A stretch of DNA of 64,000 bases from Neptuniibacter sp. GTDB taxonomy: Bacteria; Pseudomonadota; Gammaproteobacteria; Pseudomonadales; Balneatricaceae. Below, in pieces: positions 1 through 11,455 of the stretch. The stretch lies in contig JBMYLM010000005.1 in the NCBI GenBank assembly GCA_049596335.1, forward strand, positions 11,935-75,934. The letters run 5' to 3'. The position numbers and the translations under genes are program-made. Within the stretch, counting starts at the first letter, position 1. The number at the start of each line of letters is the position of its first letter. The notes under the pieces were generated by a model that saw only the letters and a list, made by a program, of their open reading frames with translations, was not told the origin of the DNA and searched no databases.

Positions 1-261
1 AGACTCACTGGTTGTATCTATATCTTGCAACTGCAAAAGGTACTGAGCCCTGAGCAAAGGGGATTTAAGCGTGGCTACAGCCTCATTAAGATAGGCCATA
101 TACTGCACAGCCACTCGTTGCTCATGATCTGAGAGATGAGCGTAACGGTCCGGGTGAAGTGTTTTTTGAAGTTCTCTTGACCGATCTGAAAGCTCAGACC
201 GATCAAGATGATAAGACACTGGCAGACCAATAAATTCGAAGTAGTTTTTACTGATATCCAT
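1..261 (-). CDS. hscB: Co-chaperone HscB, N-terminal J-domain part (gene continues beyond the window edge)
   Basis: My reverse translation from the ATG at 261 gives MDISKNYFEFIGLPVSYHLDRSELSDRSRELQKTLHPDRYAHLSDHEQR..., a J-domain with an HPD motif. It lies directly downstream of iscA, as in isc operons. It is absent from the ORF track because it is truncated at the window edge. Confidence 0.8.
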   Translation of the reverse strand, partial: MDISKNYFEFIGLPVSYHLDRSELSDRSRELQKTLHPDRYAHLSDHEQRVAVQYMAYLNEAVATLKSPLLRAQYLLQLQDIDTTSES

Positions 262-278
262 CTTGATGCCAGAGCAGA

Positions 279-605
279 TTAGACGTTAAAGCTCTCACCG
301 CAGCCACATTCACTGGATACGTTAGGGTTATTGAATTTGAAACCTTCATTCAACCCCTCTTTAACAAAGTCCAACTCTGTTCCATCAAGATAAACGAGGC
401 TCTTAGGGTCGATGTAGATTTTTACATCCTGAGGACCAGTAAAAACCTGATCTTCATCCAGAGCCTCATCAACGAATTCCAGAACGTATGCCATTCCAGA
501 GCAGCCGGAGGTTCTTACGCCCAAACGAACACCTTCACCATGCCCACGCTTCTCAAGATAACGAGCGACATGATCAGCAGCCGCATCAGTCATTGTAATA
601 GCCAT
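279..605 (-). CDS. iscA: Fe-S cluster assembly protein IscA (A-type carrier)
   Basis: 108 aa with the C-terminal CGCGESF motif and an internal SGCSG motif. Position after iscU. Confidence 0.93.
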   Translation of the reverse strand: MAITMTDAAADHVARYLEKRGHGEGVRLGVRTSGCSGMAYVLEFVDEALDEDQVFTGPQDVKIYIDPKSLVYLDGTELDFVKEGLNEGFKFNNPNVSSECGCGESFNV

Positions 606-641
606 ATACTTCTGAATCTCCGAGAAAGTAAACCTTACGGC

Positions 642-1025
642 TTACTTGTCCTGTTTTTCTTTGTAGTCAGCAACTGCTGCCTTGATCGCATCTTCAGCCA
701 GAACCGAGCAGTGAATCTTCACTGGTGGCAGAGCCAGCTCTTCAGCAATTGTTGTGTTCTTTAGCTGTTCAGCTTCATCCAGGGACATACCCTTTACCCA
801 CTCTGTTACCAGAGAGCTAGAAGCAATAGCAGAACCACAACCGTAAGTTTTAAATTTCGCATCTTCAATGATGCCTTCGTCACTCACTTTAATCTGCAGA
901 CGCATCACGTCACCACATGCAGGTGCTCCAACCATACCTGTGCCAACATTTGATTCTTTGTCGTCCATTTTACCCACATTACGTGGATTCTCGTAATGAT
1001 CGATAACTTTATCACTATAAGCCAT
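642..1025 (-). CDS. iscU: Fe-S cluster scaffold protein IscU
   Basis: 127 aa with the NifU-N/IscU hallmarks GAPACGDVM, YGCGSAIASSS and LPPVKIHCS. Confidence 0.96.
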   Translation of the reverse strand: MAYSDKVIDHYENPRNVGKMDDKESNVGTGMVGAPACGDVMRLQIKVSDEGIIEDAKFKTYGCGSAIASSSLVTEWVKGMSLDEAEQLKNTTIAEELALPPVKIHCSVLAEDAIKAAVADYKEKQDK

Positions 1026-1052
1026 AAAGACCTCCTCATACTCACTGATAAA

Positions 1053-2267
1053 TCAGTGATGTACCCACTCAACTTTGCTCAGATCAACACCGTCTTTATA
1101 CATATCCCACAATGGAGATAGCTCACGTAATTTACCAACGGCAGATTGAATTTGATTTACTGCATAATCCACTTCCTCTTCAGTCGTGAAGCGACCAAAC
1201 GAGAAACGGATTGAGCTATGCGCCAACTCATCATTTAAGCCAAGTGCGCGTAAAACATACGATGGTTCCAGGCTCGCAGAAGTACATGCAGAACCTGAAG
1301 AAACAGCCAGATCTTTTAAGGACATCAGCAGAGATTCACCTTCAACGAAGGCAAAGCTGACATTCAGATTACCCGGTACACGCTGCTCTTTTGAACCGTT
1401 CAGGTAAACTTCTTCCATATCCTGAACACCAGCCCAGAAGCGATCGCGCAACGCAATAGCACGCTCGGTGTCCTTCTGCATATCTTCTTTACAGATGCGA
1501 GCTGCTTCGCCCATACCAACAATCTGGTGAGTTGCCAAAGTTCCAGAACGCATACCACGCTCATGACCACCACCATGCATCTGTGCTTCCAGGCGGATAC
1601 GCGGCTTACGGCGCACAAACAGAACACCAATACCTTTAGGCCCATACATTTTGTGGCCAGAAATCGACATCAGATCCACTTTGCAGTCAGACATGTCAAT
1701 TTCAATTTTGCCCGCACTTTGTGCAGCATCAACATGAAACACGATGCCTTTGGAACGAGTCAGTTCACCAATTGCTTTGATATCGGTGATCGTTCCAATC
1801 TCGTTATTCACATGCATCAGGGATACGAGAATAGTATCTTCACGAATGACTTCAGCAACAGCAGAAGGCTCAATCAAACCTTCAGCATTAGGAGTAAGGT
1901 AAGTAACCTCAAAACCTTCACGCTCAAGTTGGCGACAAGTATCCAAAACCGCTTTGTGCTCAATTTTAGATGTAATGATGTGCTTGCCTTTCTTCTGATA
2001 GAAGTGAGCTGCGCCTTTGATCGCCAGGTTATCTGATTCTGTTGCACCAGAAGTCCAAACAATTTCACGAGGATCTGCATTGATCAGATCCGCCACCTGA
2101 CGTCGAGCGTTCTCAACCGCCTCCTCAGCCTTCCACCCAAACAGATGTGAACGCGAGGCCGGATTACCAAAATTACCTTCCATCGTCAGACAGTCGATCA
2201 TTTTTTCTGCAACACGCGGGTCAACCGGCGTAGTTGCTGAATAATCCAGATAAATCGGTGTTTTCAT
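1053..2267 (-). CDS. iscS: Cysteine desulfurase IscS
   Basis: 404 aa with the PLP-lysine context [10 protein letters not shown] and the active-site loop SSGSACTS. Operon position fits. Confidence 0.97.
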   Translation of the reverse strand: MKTPIYLDYSATTPVDPRVAEKMIDCLTMEGNFGNPASRSHLFGWKAEEAVENARRQVADLINADPREIVWTSGATESDNLAIKGAAHFYQKKGKHIITSKIEHKAVLDTCRQLEREGFEVTYLTPNAEGLIEPSAVAEVIREDTILVSLMHVNNEIGTITDIKAIGELTRSKGIVFHVDAAQSAGKIEIDMSDCKVDLMSISGHKMYGPKGIGVLFVRRKPRIRLEAQMHGGGHERGMRSGTLATHQIVGMGEAARICKEDMQKDTERAIALRDRFWAGVQDMEEVYLNGSKEQRVPGNLNVSFAFVEGESLLMSLKDLAVSSGSACTSASLEPSYVLRALGLNDELAHSSIRFSFGRFTTEEEVDYAVNQIQSAVGKLRELSPLWDMYKDGVDLSKVEWVHH

Positions 2268-2286
2268 TAATTATCTCCGCACGTAC

Positions 2287-2781
2287 TTAAACTACTGCTT
2301 TTTCATTATCTGTAATACGAGTGGTCGCCAAAACGCCATCCATATGCAACAAATCCTGTCGCTCAGAAATATCCTGCACATCCTTTCGCGCCATCAGATC
2401 AGCTAACGAAATGCCACTCAAAAACAGATGAATCTGATCACTAAGGTCGCACCAAAGATGATGCGTAAGACAGATATCACCACCCTGGCAGTCACCCTGG
2501 CGATTACAACCTGTCGCTTCTACTGATTCATTAACCGCATCAATAACCTGAGCAACATTGATTTCAGCCTGCTGGCGATTTAACTGGTATCCGCCGCCAG
2601 GACCACGAACACTACGCACCAGCTCATTACGGCGCAGCTTCGCAAACAGTTGCTCGAGATATGACAGAGAAATACCCTGCCTTTCGGAAATGTCTGCCAA
2701 GCTTATAGGGCCTTTACCCTCATGAAGCGCAAGATCCAGCATAGCTGTGACAGCATATCGACCCTTAGTCGTCAGTCGCAT
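2287..2781 (-). CDS. iscR: Fe-S cluster regulator IscR (Rrf2 family)
   Basis: [19 protein letters not shown]... is an Rrf2 winged-helix N-terminus. Three Cys ([13 protein letters not shown]) and a downstream His could ligate a cluster. I prefer the internal ATG at 2781 to the track start at 2823, because the predicted promoter and IscR box occupy 2815-2848. Confidence 0.9.
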   Translation of the reverse strand: MRLTTKGRYAVTAMLDLALHEGKGPISLADISERQGISLSYLEQLFAKLRRNELVRSVRGPGGGYQLNRQQAEINVAQVIDAVNESVEATGCNRQGDCQGGDICLTHHLWCDLSDQIHLFLSGISLADLMARKDVQDISERQDLLHMDGVLATTRITDNEKAVV

Positions 2782-2814
2782 AATTTTCACCCAATGCACA
2801 TTAGCAATGCGGCG

Positions 2815-2848
2815 ATTATGCAATACCTGACCAAAAAGGTCAACTAAA
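2815..2848 (-). promoter_or_regulatory. Putative iscR promoter (-35 TTGACC, 17-nt spacer, -10 CATAAT) overlapped by a palindromic IscR type-1-like box
   Basis: The minus strand reads TTGACC (2843-2838), tttttggtcaggtattg, CATAAT (2820-2815). The plus strand at 2823-2847 reads ATACCTGACCAAAAAGGTCAACTAA, which fits the ATAxxxGAC-N7-GTCxxxTAT architecture at most positions. Confidence 0.5.
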
Positions 2849-2937
2849 TATCCTACCTTTATTATAGGTCTTTATATGAGTAGGTGCGTGAATTCTACAC
2901 GAAATTTATTCAGAACCCCACGACCTTAGCTGAAAGA

Positions 2938-3687
2938 CTAATCGTTCAGCTGTTTCTGCATCGCAGTGAGGATACCCCTGAGGATATTCACCTCCACCTT
3001 ATCCGGTACCGACCGCAAATAAAGGCGACGCAAACGCGCCATCAGTTGCCGCGGGTTATCCGGGTCAAGAAAATCAATATCGATCAACGTTTCTTCAAGG
3101 TGTGCAAACAAACGCTCCAGGTCCGCACTTTCCGCTAAATCAATATCCCAATCCGTTCCCCATTGTGGCTTATTCTCTTCTGTCTGTTCTTGATATAAAC
3201 CAGCCATTCTCAATTCATAGGTAATAACCTGAACTGCGGCCGCGAGATTCAGAGAACTAAAATCCGGGTTAGATGGAATATGCACATGGTGATGACAAAG
3301 ATGCAGCTCCTCATTGGTTAAGCCGCGATCTTCTCTGCCGAATACAACCGCTATTTTTTTATCACCGGCACTACTGACAATAGAGGAAAGCTCTCTAGGA
3401 TCAACAACCGGCCACGGGATATGTCGGCCACGAGCACTTGTACCAACAACAAGATGACAGTCAGCAATGGCTTGCTCCAGAGTTTCATGAACAACAGCAT
3501 TTTCTAAAATATCAGTTGCACCCGAAGCCCTGTTATCAGCCTCTATATGAGGAAATTTTTTTGGTTCAACAAGGTGAAGCTCCGAAAACTTCATATTTTT
3601 CATCGCCCGGGCAACACCACCTATATTTCCCGGATGACTTGTATTAACCAACACAATTCGTATTTCTGCAGACATTGCTTTACTCAT
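2938..3687 (-). CDS. trmJ: tRNA (cytidine/uridine-2'-O)-methyltransferase TrmJ (SpoU family)
   Basis: IRIVLVNTSHPGNIGGVARAMKNM..., GREDRGLTNEEL and SLNLAAAVQVITYEL resemble E. coli TrmJ. Position between iscR and suhB matches enterobacteria. Confidence 0.9.
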   Translation of the reverse strand: MSKAMSAEIRIVLVNTSHPGNIGGVARAMKNMKFSELHLVEPKKFPHIEADNRASGATDILENAVVHETLEQAIADCHLVVGTSARGRHIPWPVVDPRELSSIVSSAGDKKIAVVFGREDRGLTNEELHLCHHHVHIPSNPDFSSLNLAAAVQVITYELRMAGLYQEQTEENKPQWGTDWDIDLAESADLERLFAHLEETLIDIDFLDPDNPRQLMARLRRLYLRSVPDKVEVNILRGILTAMQKQLND

Positions 3688-3807
3688 TCTTTATAGAGCG
3701 CGCTATTCTAACAGACAGGAAGCATTCAACCACTTATTCACACCACACATAATCCTCAGGTATAATGCGTCGATTAATTTCACGAACACGCTTCAGGTTC
3801 ATACACA

Positions 3808-4620
3808 ATGCAACCCATGGTAAACATTGCCTTGCGCGCAGCACGCGTTGCAGGCGAACAGATCGTTCGCGCAGTAGAGCGTTTAGATCTGGTCAAATCA
3901 GAACAATCCGATGTCGCAAAACTACTCAGTGACACCTGCCAGAAAGCTGAACTGAGCATCGTCCACACGATCCAGAAAGCCTACCCTAACCACAAGGTGA
4001 TTGGTGAATATACTGGCGAACACGCGCCAATAGGTGAAGGCCCGGAATTCAGCTGGACTATCAACCCGATCGACAGTGTGTCTAATTTCTCAAATGGATT
4101 GCCTGTTTTTGCTATCAGCATGGCAGGGCAGCAGAATGGCCGTATTGAACACTCTCTGATTCTTAACCCAATCACTGGTGAAGAGTTCACTGCTAGCCGT
4201 GGTCACGGTGCGCAACTGAACGGAAAACGCCTAAGAGTAAGCAACCACAAGACAGTAGAAAACTCTCTGATCGGTACTGGCTTCTTCAATCGAACCAGCG
4301 ATAAAAACCACCTGGAAGCCTACCTGAATATCTTCCGTGACATCACCACCTCCGGCGGCACCATTTATAATGGTGGTTCAGCAGCATTAAATCTGGCTTA
4401 CACCGCTGCTGGCAGAATTGACGGTTTTTACCAGATCGGCTTAAATCCATGGGAAATGGAAGCTGGTATTATGCTGGTTCAGGAAGCAGGCGGACTGGTA
4501 GGCGATTTCTCTGGCGGCAACAACTTCCGTAACAACGGCAACCTGATTGCCGGCAACCCTAAGATGTTTAAAGCACTGTTGAAGGGACTCCAACCCTCCT
4601 TAACAGATGATCTGAAGTAA
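3808..4620 (+). CDS. suhB: Inositol monophosphatase family protein SuhB
   Basis: 270 aa with IMPase motifs (WTINPIDSVSNF, GGSAALNLAYTAAGRIDGF). Divergent from trmJ. Confidence 0.92.
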   Translation: MQPMVNIALRAARVAGEQIVRAVERLDLVKSEQSDVAKLLSDTCQKAELSIVHTIQKAYPNHKVIGEYTGEHAPIGEGPEFSWTINPIDSVSNFSNGLPVFAISMAGQQNGRIEHSLILNPITGEEFTASRGHGAQLNGKRLRVSNHKTVENSLIGTGFFNRTSDKNHLEAYLNIFRDITTSGGTIYNGGSAALNLAYTAAGRIDGFYQIGLNPWEMEAGIMLVQEAGGLVGDFSGGNNFRNNGNLIAGNPKMFKALLKGLQPSLTDDLK

Positions 4621-4633
4621 CAGAAATCAGACA

Positions 4634-4663
4634 TAAAAAAACCGGCAGATGCCGGTTTTTTTT
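4634..4663. terminator. Bidirectional rho-independent terminator between convergent suhB and purA
   Basis: aaaaaaaACCGGCagatGCCGGTtttttttt: a GC stem flanked by an A-run and a T-run. Confidence 0.85.
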
Positions 4664-4676
4664 ATAGACTCAACTT

Positions 4677-5978
<1,302 letters not shown>

Positions 5979-6017
5979 CTACTTAACTTTAAGTTTACTT
6001 AGGAATTTCTTTGCTAA

Positions 6018-7193
6018 TCAGCGAGCCGATACGACCCACTCACCATTTTTCTGCACCAGTTCAGCGTCACTTTCAGTTGGAAGCGATGCACCCGGTAGCG
6101 CATAAATCACTCGCACTCCCTCAGAACGCAACTGCTTTACTTTAGCCAGTAGAGCAGCATCTTCAGACACAGGAGCCAATACCTGCTGAAGCTCATTCAG
6201 ACTTACTGAAGAGAGTTCAATCAGGGTTTTCATATCTGTACTAAATCCAGTCGCAGGTCTTGCTCGACCAAAATCACGACCAATATTGTCGTAACGCCCA
6301 CCTTTGGCAATCGCCTGACCATAAGATGGCGTATACGCAGAAAACACAATACCTGTGTGATAGTTGTAACCACGCAGTTCGCTGAGATCGAAATACTGAT
6401 CCAGTTCAGGGAACCTCAGAGCGATTCGCGCAGAGACATCACGCAGATAAGCAATTGCTTCAGCTACTTGCTCTGGAGCCTGTGCAAACAACGCTTCTGC
6501 ACGATCCAACACTTCCAGGCCACCATTCATTTTTGGCAATTCTGCCAGATAGGCCTTAATGGAATCATCAATTTCCAGTGCAGCTACAAAATCTACCAAT
6601 TCAGGCAACGCTTTACGCTTAAGGATATCCTGATACTCTTCTTGCTGAGCAGAAGACAGTTCTGCAAGTTGCATCAGGCCGGAAAACACATCAACATGAC
6701 CAAGATCCAGGCTCAATTCCTGGTCAACACCCGCAGTCTGCAAGGTCTCAATCATCAGGGAGATAACTTCTACATCACTCTCAATACCTGAGTGACCGTA
6801 TAGCTCAGCCCCCAACTGCAGAGGGTTACGGGAAGCCAATGGCTGAGCCGGAAGAGCGTGCACTACAGTGCCGCAGTAACATAAACGAGTCACACCTTCT
6901 TCACGAAGGCGGTGCGCATCAATACGCGCTACCTGTGGCGTGATATCAGCTCGAACACCCAGTGAATGGCCGCTCAATTGATCCGTTACTTTTACTGTAC
7001 TCAGATCAAGATCATGCCCTACACCGGTCAGCAAAGATTCCAGATGCTCCATAACCGGGGTCATCACCAGGTCATAACCCCACTGCTCATACAGATCCAG
7101 TAACCGTCTGCGCACAACCTCAACGCGACGGGCCTGCGCTGGAAGAAGCTCCTGAATACCTTCCGGAAGCAACCAACGATCTGCCAATGCCAT
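6018..7193 (-). CDS. hisZ: ATP phosphoribosyltransferase regulatory subunit HisZ
   Basis: 391 aa HisRS-like paralogue (LPEGIQELLP..., GGRYD). The conserved hflC-DUF2065-hisZ-purA order is seen in non-enteric gammaproteobacteria. Confidence 0.88.
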   Translation of the reverse strand: MALADRWLLPEGIQELLPAQARRVEVVRRRLLDLYEQWGYDLVMTPVMEHLESLLTGVGHDLDLSTVKVTDQLSGHSLGVRADITPQVARIDAHRLREEGVTRLCYCGTVVHALPAQPLASRNPLQLGAELYGHSGIESDVEVISLMIETLQTAGVDQELSLDLGHVDVFSGLMQLAELSSAQQEEYQDILKRKALPELVDFVAALEIDDSIKAYLAELPKMNGGLEVLDRAEALFAQAPEQVAEAIAYLRDVSARIALRFPELDQYFDLSELRGYNYHTGIVFSAYTPSYGQAIAKGGRYDNIGRDFGRARPATGFSTDMKTLIELSSVSLNELQQVLAPVSEDAALLAKVKQLRSEGVRVIYALPGASLPTESDAELVQKNGEWVVSAR

Positions 7194-7240
7194 GTAGTAC
7201 TCCGTATCTCTGCTAAACCAACCCGCAAAGGGCTGTGTAA

Positions 7241-7438
7241 TTAATTCACTATATAAAGTGCAACCACACCCAGAGTCATACTCGCCAGACCAATCAGGCG
7301 GAGAGAACGATCATTCACCAGGGACAATTGCTGCACCAGATTGCGCCAGCGCTGTGGATAAAGGAACGGGATAATCCCTTCAAGGATAAGCATCAAACAG
7401 AAGCCGATGGCCAACTCATGGAGTAATTCAGAGGGCAT
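7241..7438 (-). CDS. Small membrane protein, DUF2065 (YjeT-like)
   Basis: MPSELLHELAIGFCLMLILEGIIPFLYPQRWRNL... has two hydrophobic segments and the conserved position after hflC. Start moved to the internal ATG, because the track's GTG start abuts the hflC terminator. Confidence 0.7.
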   Translation of the reverse strand: MPSELLHELAIGFCLMLILEGIIPFLYPQRWRNLVQQLSLVNDRSLRLIGLASMTLGVVALYIVN

Positions 7439-7471
7439 CTTTATTCCCGAAAAACAAAATAGCACTGCCAC

Positions 7472-7496
7472 AAAAAAACCGGGCTTTAACCCGGTT
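7472..7496 (-). terminator. Rho-independent terminator downstream of hflC
   Basis: The minus strand reads AACCGGGttaaagCCCGGTTttttttg. A second hairpin without a U-tail (GGAATCAG...CTGATTCC) lies at 7513-7546. Confidence 0.7.
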
Positions 7497-7568
7497 GCGA
7501 TATTCTACCACGGAATCAGAGGAATGCCTCCCCCTGATTCCGCGTTTTGTTCACTTTTACAGCAATTT

Positions 7569-8441
7569 TTACTCTGCTTTAGGCTGACCCAGATATTTGA
7601 AGAAATCACTATCTGGTTTCAGCACCAACACATCACCGCTCTGACCGAAGGATTCACGATAAGCCTGCAGGCTTCGGTAGAAAGAGTAGAACTCAGGGTT
7701 GTCAGAATACGCTTCCGCATAATTCTTGGCAGCAACCGCATCACCTTCACCTCGAACCTGCTGGGATTCTCGATAAGCTTCCGCCTCGATTACTGTCTTC
7801 TGACGATCCGCATCTGCTCGGATACCTTCAGCAAGCTCTTTACCACGGGAACGAATTTCCCGCGCTTCACGCTCACGTTCAGTACGCATACGATCATAAA
7901 CCGATTCAGAAACCTCTTGCGGCAGATCGATTCGTTTCACACGAACATCAACCACCTCAACACCCAGCTCCTGAATGGCGATCTCACTAAGATTCTTAGT
8001 CAGCTCACGCATCAGCTCTTCACGCTCACCGGATACAACCTCAGTCACAGTACGTTCACCGAACTGGTTACGCAGACCTGTATCCACTCGGTCAGACAAC
8101 AGTTGCGCCGCAGTAAATTCATTACCCGATGTTGCTGTGTAGTATTTCTGAACATCGGCCACACGCCACTTAACAAAAGAATCTACGATCAAACGTTTTT
8201 TCTCTAATGTCAGGTAAGCCTGAGGACGAGCATCCAGCGTTAAAATACGCGAATCAAACTTACGTACTTTGTTCATTACTGGAATTTTAAAATGCAGCCC
8301 TGGGGGCACATCTGCTTCAGATACCTCACCGAACTTCAGTAATACCGCACGCTCAGTTTCTTTAACAATGTACAGTGTACTTTGACCAATCAATACGACA
8401 ACCGCAAAGATAATGATCATTACTAATGATTTAGAGTTCAT
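7569..8441 (-). CDS. hflC: FtsH protease modulator HflC
   Basis: 290 aa SPFH/band-7 protein with an N-terminal TM. Start overlaps the hflK stop. Confidence 0.95.
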   Translation of the reverse strand: MNSKSLVMIIIFAVVVLIGQSTLYIVKETERAVLLKFGEVSEADVPPGLHFKIPVMNKVRKFDSRILTLDARPQAYLTLEKKRLIVDSFVKWRVADVQKYYTATSGNEFTAAQLLSDRVDTGLRNQFGERTVTEVVSGEREELMRELTKNLSEIAIQELGVEVVDVRVKRIDLPQEVSESVYDRMRTEREREAREIRSRGKELAEGIRADADRQKTVIEAEAYRESQQVRGEGDAVAAKNYAEAYSDNPEFYSFYRSLQAYRESFGQSGDVLVLKPDSDFFKYLGQPKAE

Positions 8442-9628
8442 TATCGACCCTCCCTACGGCTGCTCTGACGTTGACGTAACTGGTCAACAACCTGATCTGT
8501 AACTTCTCTCAGGCTCTGACTATCCAGTCTGACCGGATTATTCACATCACCAACCATCGGACGGTTCTGAACAATCTTATCCAGAGGCAGGTACATCATA
8601 TTGTTGCCGCCCTCGACATCAACAAGCACTTTCGGATTCTGAGCCAGCACTTCCTCCATAGTATCCAGATAGAGACGCTCGCGAGTTACTTCTGGCGCTT
8701 TCTCATACTCATTCAGCAACGCTGTGAAACGGTTCGCGTCACCTTCAGAACGAGCAATCACCTGTTCGCGATATGCGCTAGCCTCTTCCAGCATACGCTG
8801 CGCCTGACCACGCGCTTCTGGAACGATACCGTTGGCATAAGATTCTGCTTCGTTTTTAACTCGCTGCTCATCTTCTCGCGCTTTGATCACGTCATCGAAT
8901 GCATCCTGAACCTGATCAGGAGCTTTCGCTTCTTTGATGTTGACCTTGGAGATCTGAAGACCTGTGCCGTATCCTTTCATGTAATCCTGAATAAGCCCCT
9001 GAACCTGAACAGATAAGGCCTCTCGACCTTGTGTCAGGATAGAGTGCATATCTGTGGAACCTACAACATGACGCAATGCTGATTCTGCTGCATGCGAAAG
9101 ACTGGCTTCAGGATCACGCACGGTGAGAACAAAGTCTTTAGCGTTGGAGATCACGTACTGTACTGTCATCTCAACATCAACGATGTTTTCATCTTTGGTC
9201 AGCATCAGACCACGATGATCGCGCGTTCTTACCGCTGTAACATTTACAGGTACAACAGCATCAATGAGCGGCGGATTCCATTGCAGACCAGGGCCAACTG
9301 TTTCGCTGAATTTACCCAGACGCAAAACAACACCCTGTTCCTGCTGATCGACGGTGTAGACACCCATACCGCCCCAAACCAGAACAGCAATCAGCACAAC
9401 CACCCAGAAGAACCCTGCACCGGAACCAGTATTGCCACCGTTGCCACCAAATCCACCTGATGATTTTTTGCCGCCAAAAATATTATTCAGCTTATCCTGC
9501 AGTTTGCGCAGCGCCTCATCAAGATCCGGAGGCCCCTGATCGCCTCCACCTTTACCCCCGCGGTTGTCATTACCACCACCCCAAGGGTCTTGGTTGTTAC
9601 CATTACCACCAGGCTCATTCCAAGCCAT
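8441..9628 (-). CDS. hflK: FtsH protease modulator HflK
   Basis: 395 aa: Gly-rich N-terminus (MAWNEPGGNGNNQDPWGGG), TM and SPFH domain. Confidence 0.95.
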   Translation of the reverse strand: MAWNEPGGNGNNQDPWGGGNDNRGGKGGGDQGPPDLDEALRKLQDKLNNIFGGKKSSGGFGGNGGNTGSGAGFFWVVVLIAVLVWGGMGVYTVDQQEQGVVLRLGKFSETVGPGLQWNPPLIDAVVPVNVTAVRTRDHRGLMLTKDENIVDVEMTVQYVISNAKDFVLTVRDPEASLSHAAESALRHVVGSTDMHSILTQGREALSVQVQGLIQDYMKGYGTGLQISKVNIKEAKAPDQVQDAFDDVIKAREDEQRVKNEAESYANGIVPEARGQAQRMLEEASAYREQVIARSEGDANRFTALLNEYEKAPEVTRERLYLDTMEEVLAQNPKVLVDVEGGNNMMYLPLDKIVQNRPMVGDVNNPVRLDSQSLREVTDQVVDQLRQRQSSRREGR

Positions 9629-9772
9629 ACGTCACTCCGTATAAAAACAACAAGTTGGCTGATTAAAGCATAATTCTGCGGAAAATATTATTCGGCAGAG
9701 ATTACCTGTAAATTAACTATAAACGAGGTATTTGGGCTGCGCCCTAATTTTTCAACCTCTTACAGATATTTG

Positions 9773-11077
9773 TTACCAGGGACTGACTTCAACAGGGAAA
9801 CAACGTTCCCTTGCCATGCCCAGATGACTCAATATCTGTAGTATATCTTTCTTCTGCATACGCACCTCCAGAATAATAGATCCTTTTTCATCATATTGTT
9901 CCGAAAGCACCGCTCCACTTTCATAAAGACGGGCCCTGAATTGCCCTTCATCCGGTTGCAGGCACAACTTATCATGAAACACATCATCTGCAAGCAGTTC
10001 ATTGACTGCCTCAAATAACAATTCATGCCCTTCACCCGTAACCGCTGAAAGCCAGACACGAACAGGCTTACCATCCTGATCCCGATCGATACGAGGCTTA
10101 CGCCCTTCCAGCAGGTCGATTTTGTTATAAACCTCAAGTACCGGCACTTCGTCAGCGCCAATCTCACGCAGCACACCCTCTACTTCGGCGATATGATCAT
10201 GCCTGTCATCGTCGTGACAATCGATCACATGCAGGAGCAAAGTAGCTTCGATCGTTTCCTGCAATGTAGCCCGGAATGCCTCTACCAATTTATGTGGTAG
10301 ATGACGGATAAAACCTACGGTATCTGCGAGAATTGCAGGCCCTACATCATCAATCTCGATACGCCTTAAGGTAGGATCAAGGGTCGCAAACAACTGATCC
10401 GCCGCATAAACCTCGGAGGTCGTCAGAGAATTGAAGAGTGTTGATTTGCCCGCGTTGGTATAACCGACAAGAGAAAGTGTCGGCACTTCTGCACGCTTAC
10501 GCGAACGCCGGCCCTGATCCCGCTGCTTACGAACTTTATCCAATCGTTTGTAGATGGACTTCATCCGCGCTCGGAGCAGTCGCCTATCCGTTTCCAGCTG
10601 GGTTTCACCTGGACCACGCAGACCGATACCACCCTTCTGACGTTCAAGGTGAGTCCAACCTCGCACAAGACGGGTAGACATGTGATCCAGCTGCGCCAGC
10701 TCAACCTGCAGCTTACCCTCATGGGTACGAGCTCGCTGTGCGAAGATATCCAGAATCAAACCGGTACGGTCCAGAACGCGACATTTGATCTCGCGTTCAA
10801 TATTTCGTTCCTGCGCTGGACTCAAGGCATGATTAAAGATAACCAGTTGAGCATCGTGCATCTGCACCAGCTCTCGCAGCTCTTCTAATTTACCCTGACC
10901 GATAAAAAACTTGGGATTCGGGTGTGCTAAAGATCCGGTTAAAAACTCAACCGGATCAGCACCTGCAGAAATGGCAAGCTCTTCGAGCTCTTTTGGACTT
11001 TCCTGATCGGCCTCAGCGGCCAGATTCATATGTACTAAAACGGCAAGTTCGCCGCTTTTAGGTCGTTCAAAGAACAA
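9773..11077 (-). CDS. hflX: Ribosome-associated GTPase HflX
   Basis: 434 aa with GYTNAGKST (G1), DTVGF (G3) and NKID (G4). Position after hfq. Confidence 0.95.
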   Translation of the reverse strand: MFFERPKSGELAVLVHMNLAAEADQESPKELEELAISAGADPVEFLTGSLAHPNPKFFIGQGKLEELRELVQMHDAQLVIFNHALSPAQERNIEREIKCRVLDRTGLILDIFAQRARTHEGKLQVELAQLDHMSTRLVRGWTHLERQKGGIGLRGPGETQLETDRRLLRARMKSIYKRLDKVRKQRDQGRRSRKRAEVPTLSLVGYTNAGKSTLFNSLTTSEVYAADQLFATLDPTLRRIEIDDVGPAILADTVGFIRHLPHKLVEAFRATLQETIEATLLLHVIDCHDDDRHDHIAEVEGVLREIGADEVPVLEVYNKIDLLEGRKPRIDRDQDGKPVRVWLSAVTGEGHELLFEAVNELLADDVFHDKLCLQPDEGQFRARLYESGAVLSEQYDEKGSIILEVRMQKKDILQILSHLGMARERCFPVEVSPW

Positions 11078-11083
11078 TTATTC

Positions 11084-11323
11084 TTAGTCCTCTGCTTTCT
11101 CATCAGCTGCTGGCAGCTTCACAGGGCGAGCAGGCACCACTGTAGAGATAGCGTGTTTATAAACCATCTGGCTTACAGTATTTTTCAACAGAATTACGAA
11201 CTGATCGAAAGATTCAATCTGTCCCTGCAGCTTAATACCGTTTACCAAAAATATTGATACCGGAATACGTTCCTTGCGTAGCGCATTCAGATAAGGATCT
11301 TGTAGTGACTGCCCTTTTGACAT
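11084..11323 (-). CDS. hfq: RNA chaperone Hfq
   Basis: [64 protein letters not shown] is a canonical Sm1/Sm2 core. Confidence 0.98.
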   Translation of the reverse strand: MSKGQSLQDPYLNALRKERIPVSIFLVNGIKLQGQIESFDQFVILLKNTVSQMVYKHAISTVVPARPVKLPAADEKAED

Positions 11324-11455
11324 TGCAAACTCCTTCCCGACAAAAAATCGTTCTATTTTATTTCTTCGTTATTATATGGCTGCCAATTATTCAGAAACTG
11401 CATTGCCTGCTTTGCAGGTCAATACTGATACAACTTTTGGCAGACCAGCATGACA

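Noticed and set aside
7407-8207. Long antisense ORFs opposite well-supported genes: 266 aa opposite hflC here, plus 1527-2036 opposite iscS, 27759-28433 opposite lysS, 60731-61363 opposite rpoD and 6357-6791 opposite hisZ.
   Set aside because: Their translations are low-complexity or atypical (rich in F/L/I/R/T, with no motifs). Each lies entirely inside a gene with unmistakable conserved motifs on the other strand. They are typical shadow ORFs.
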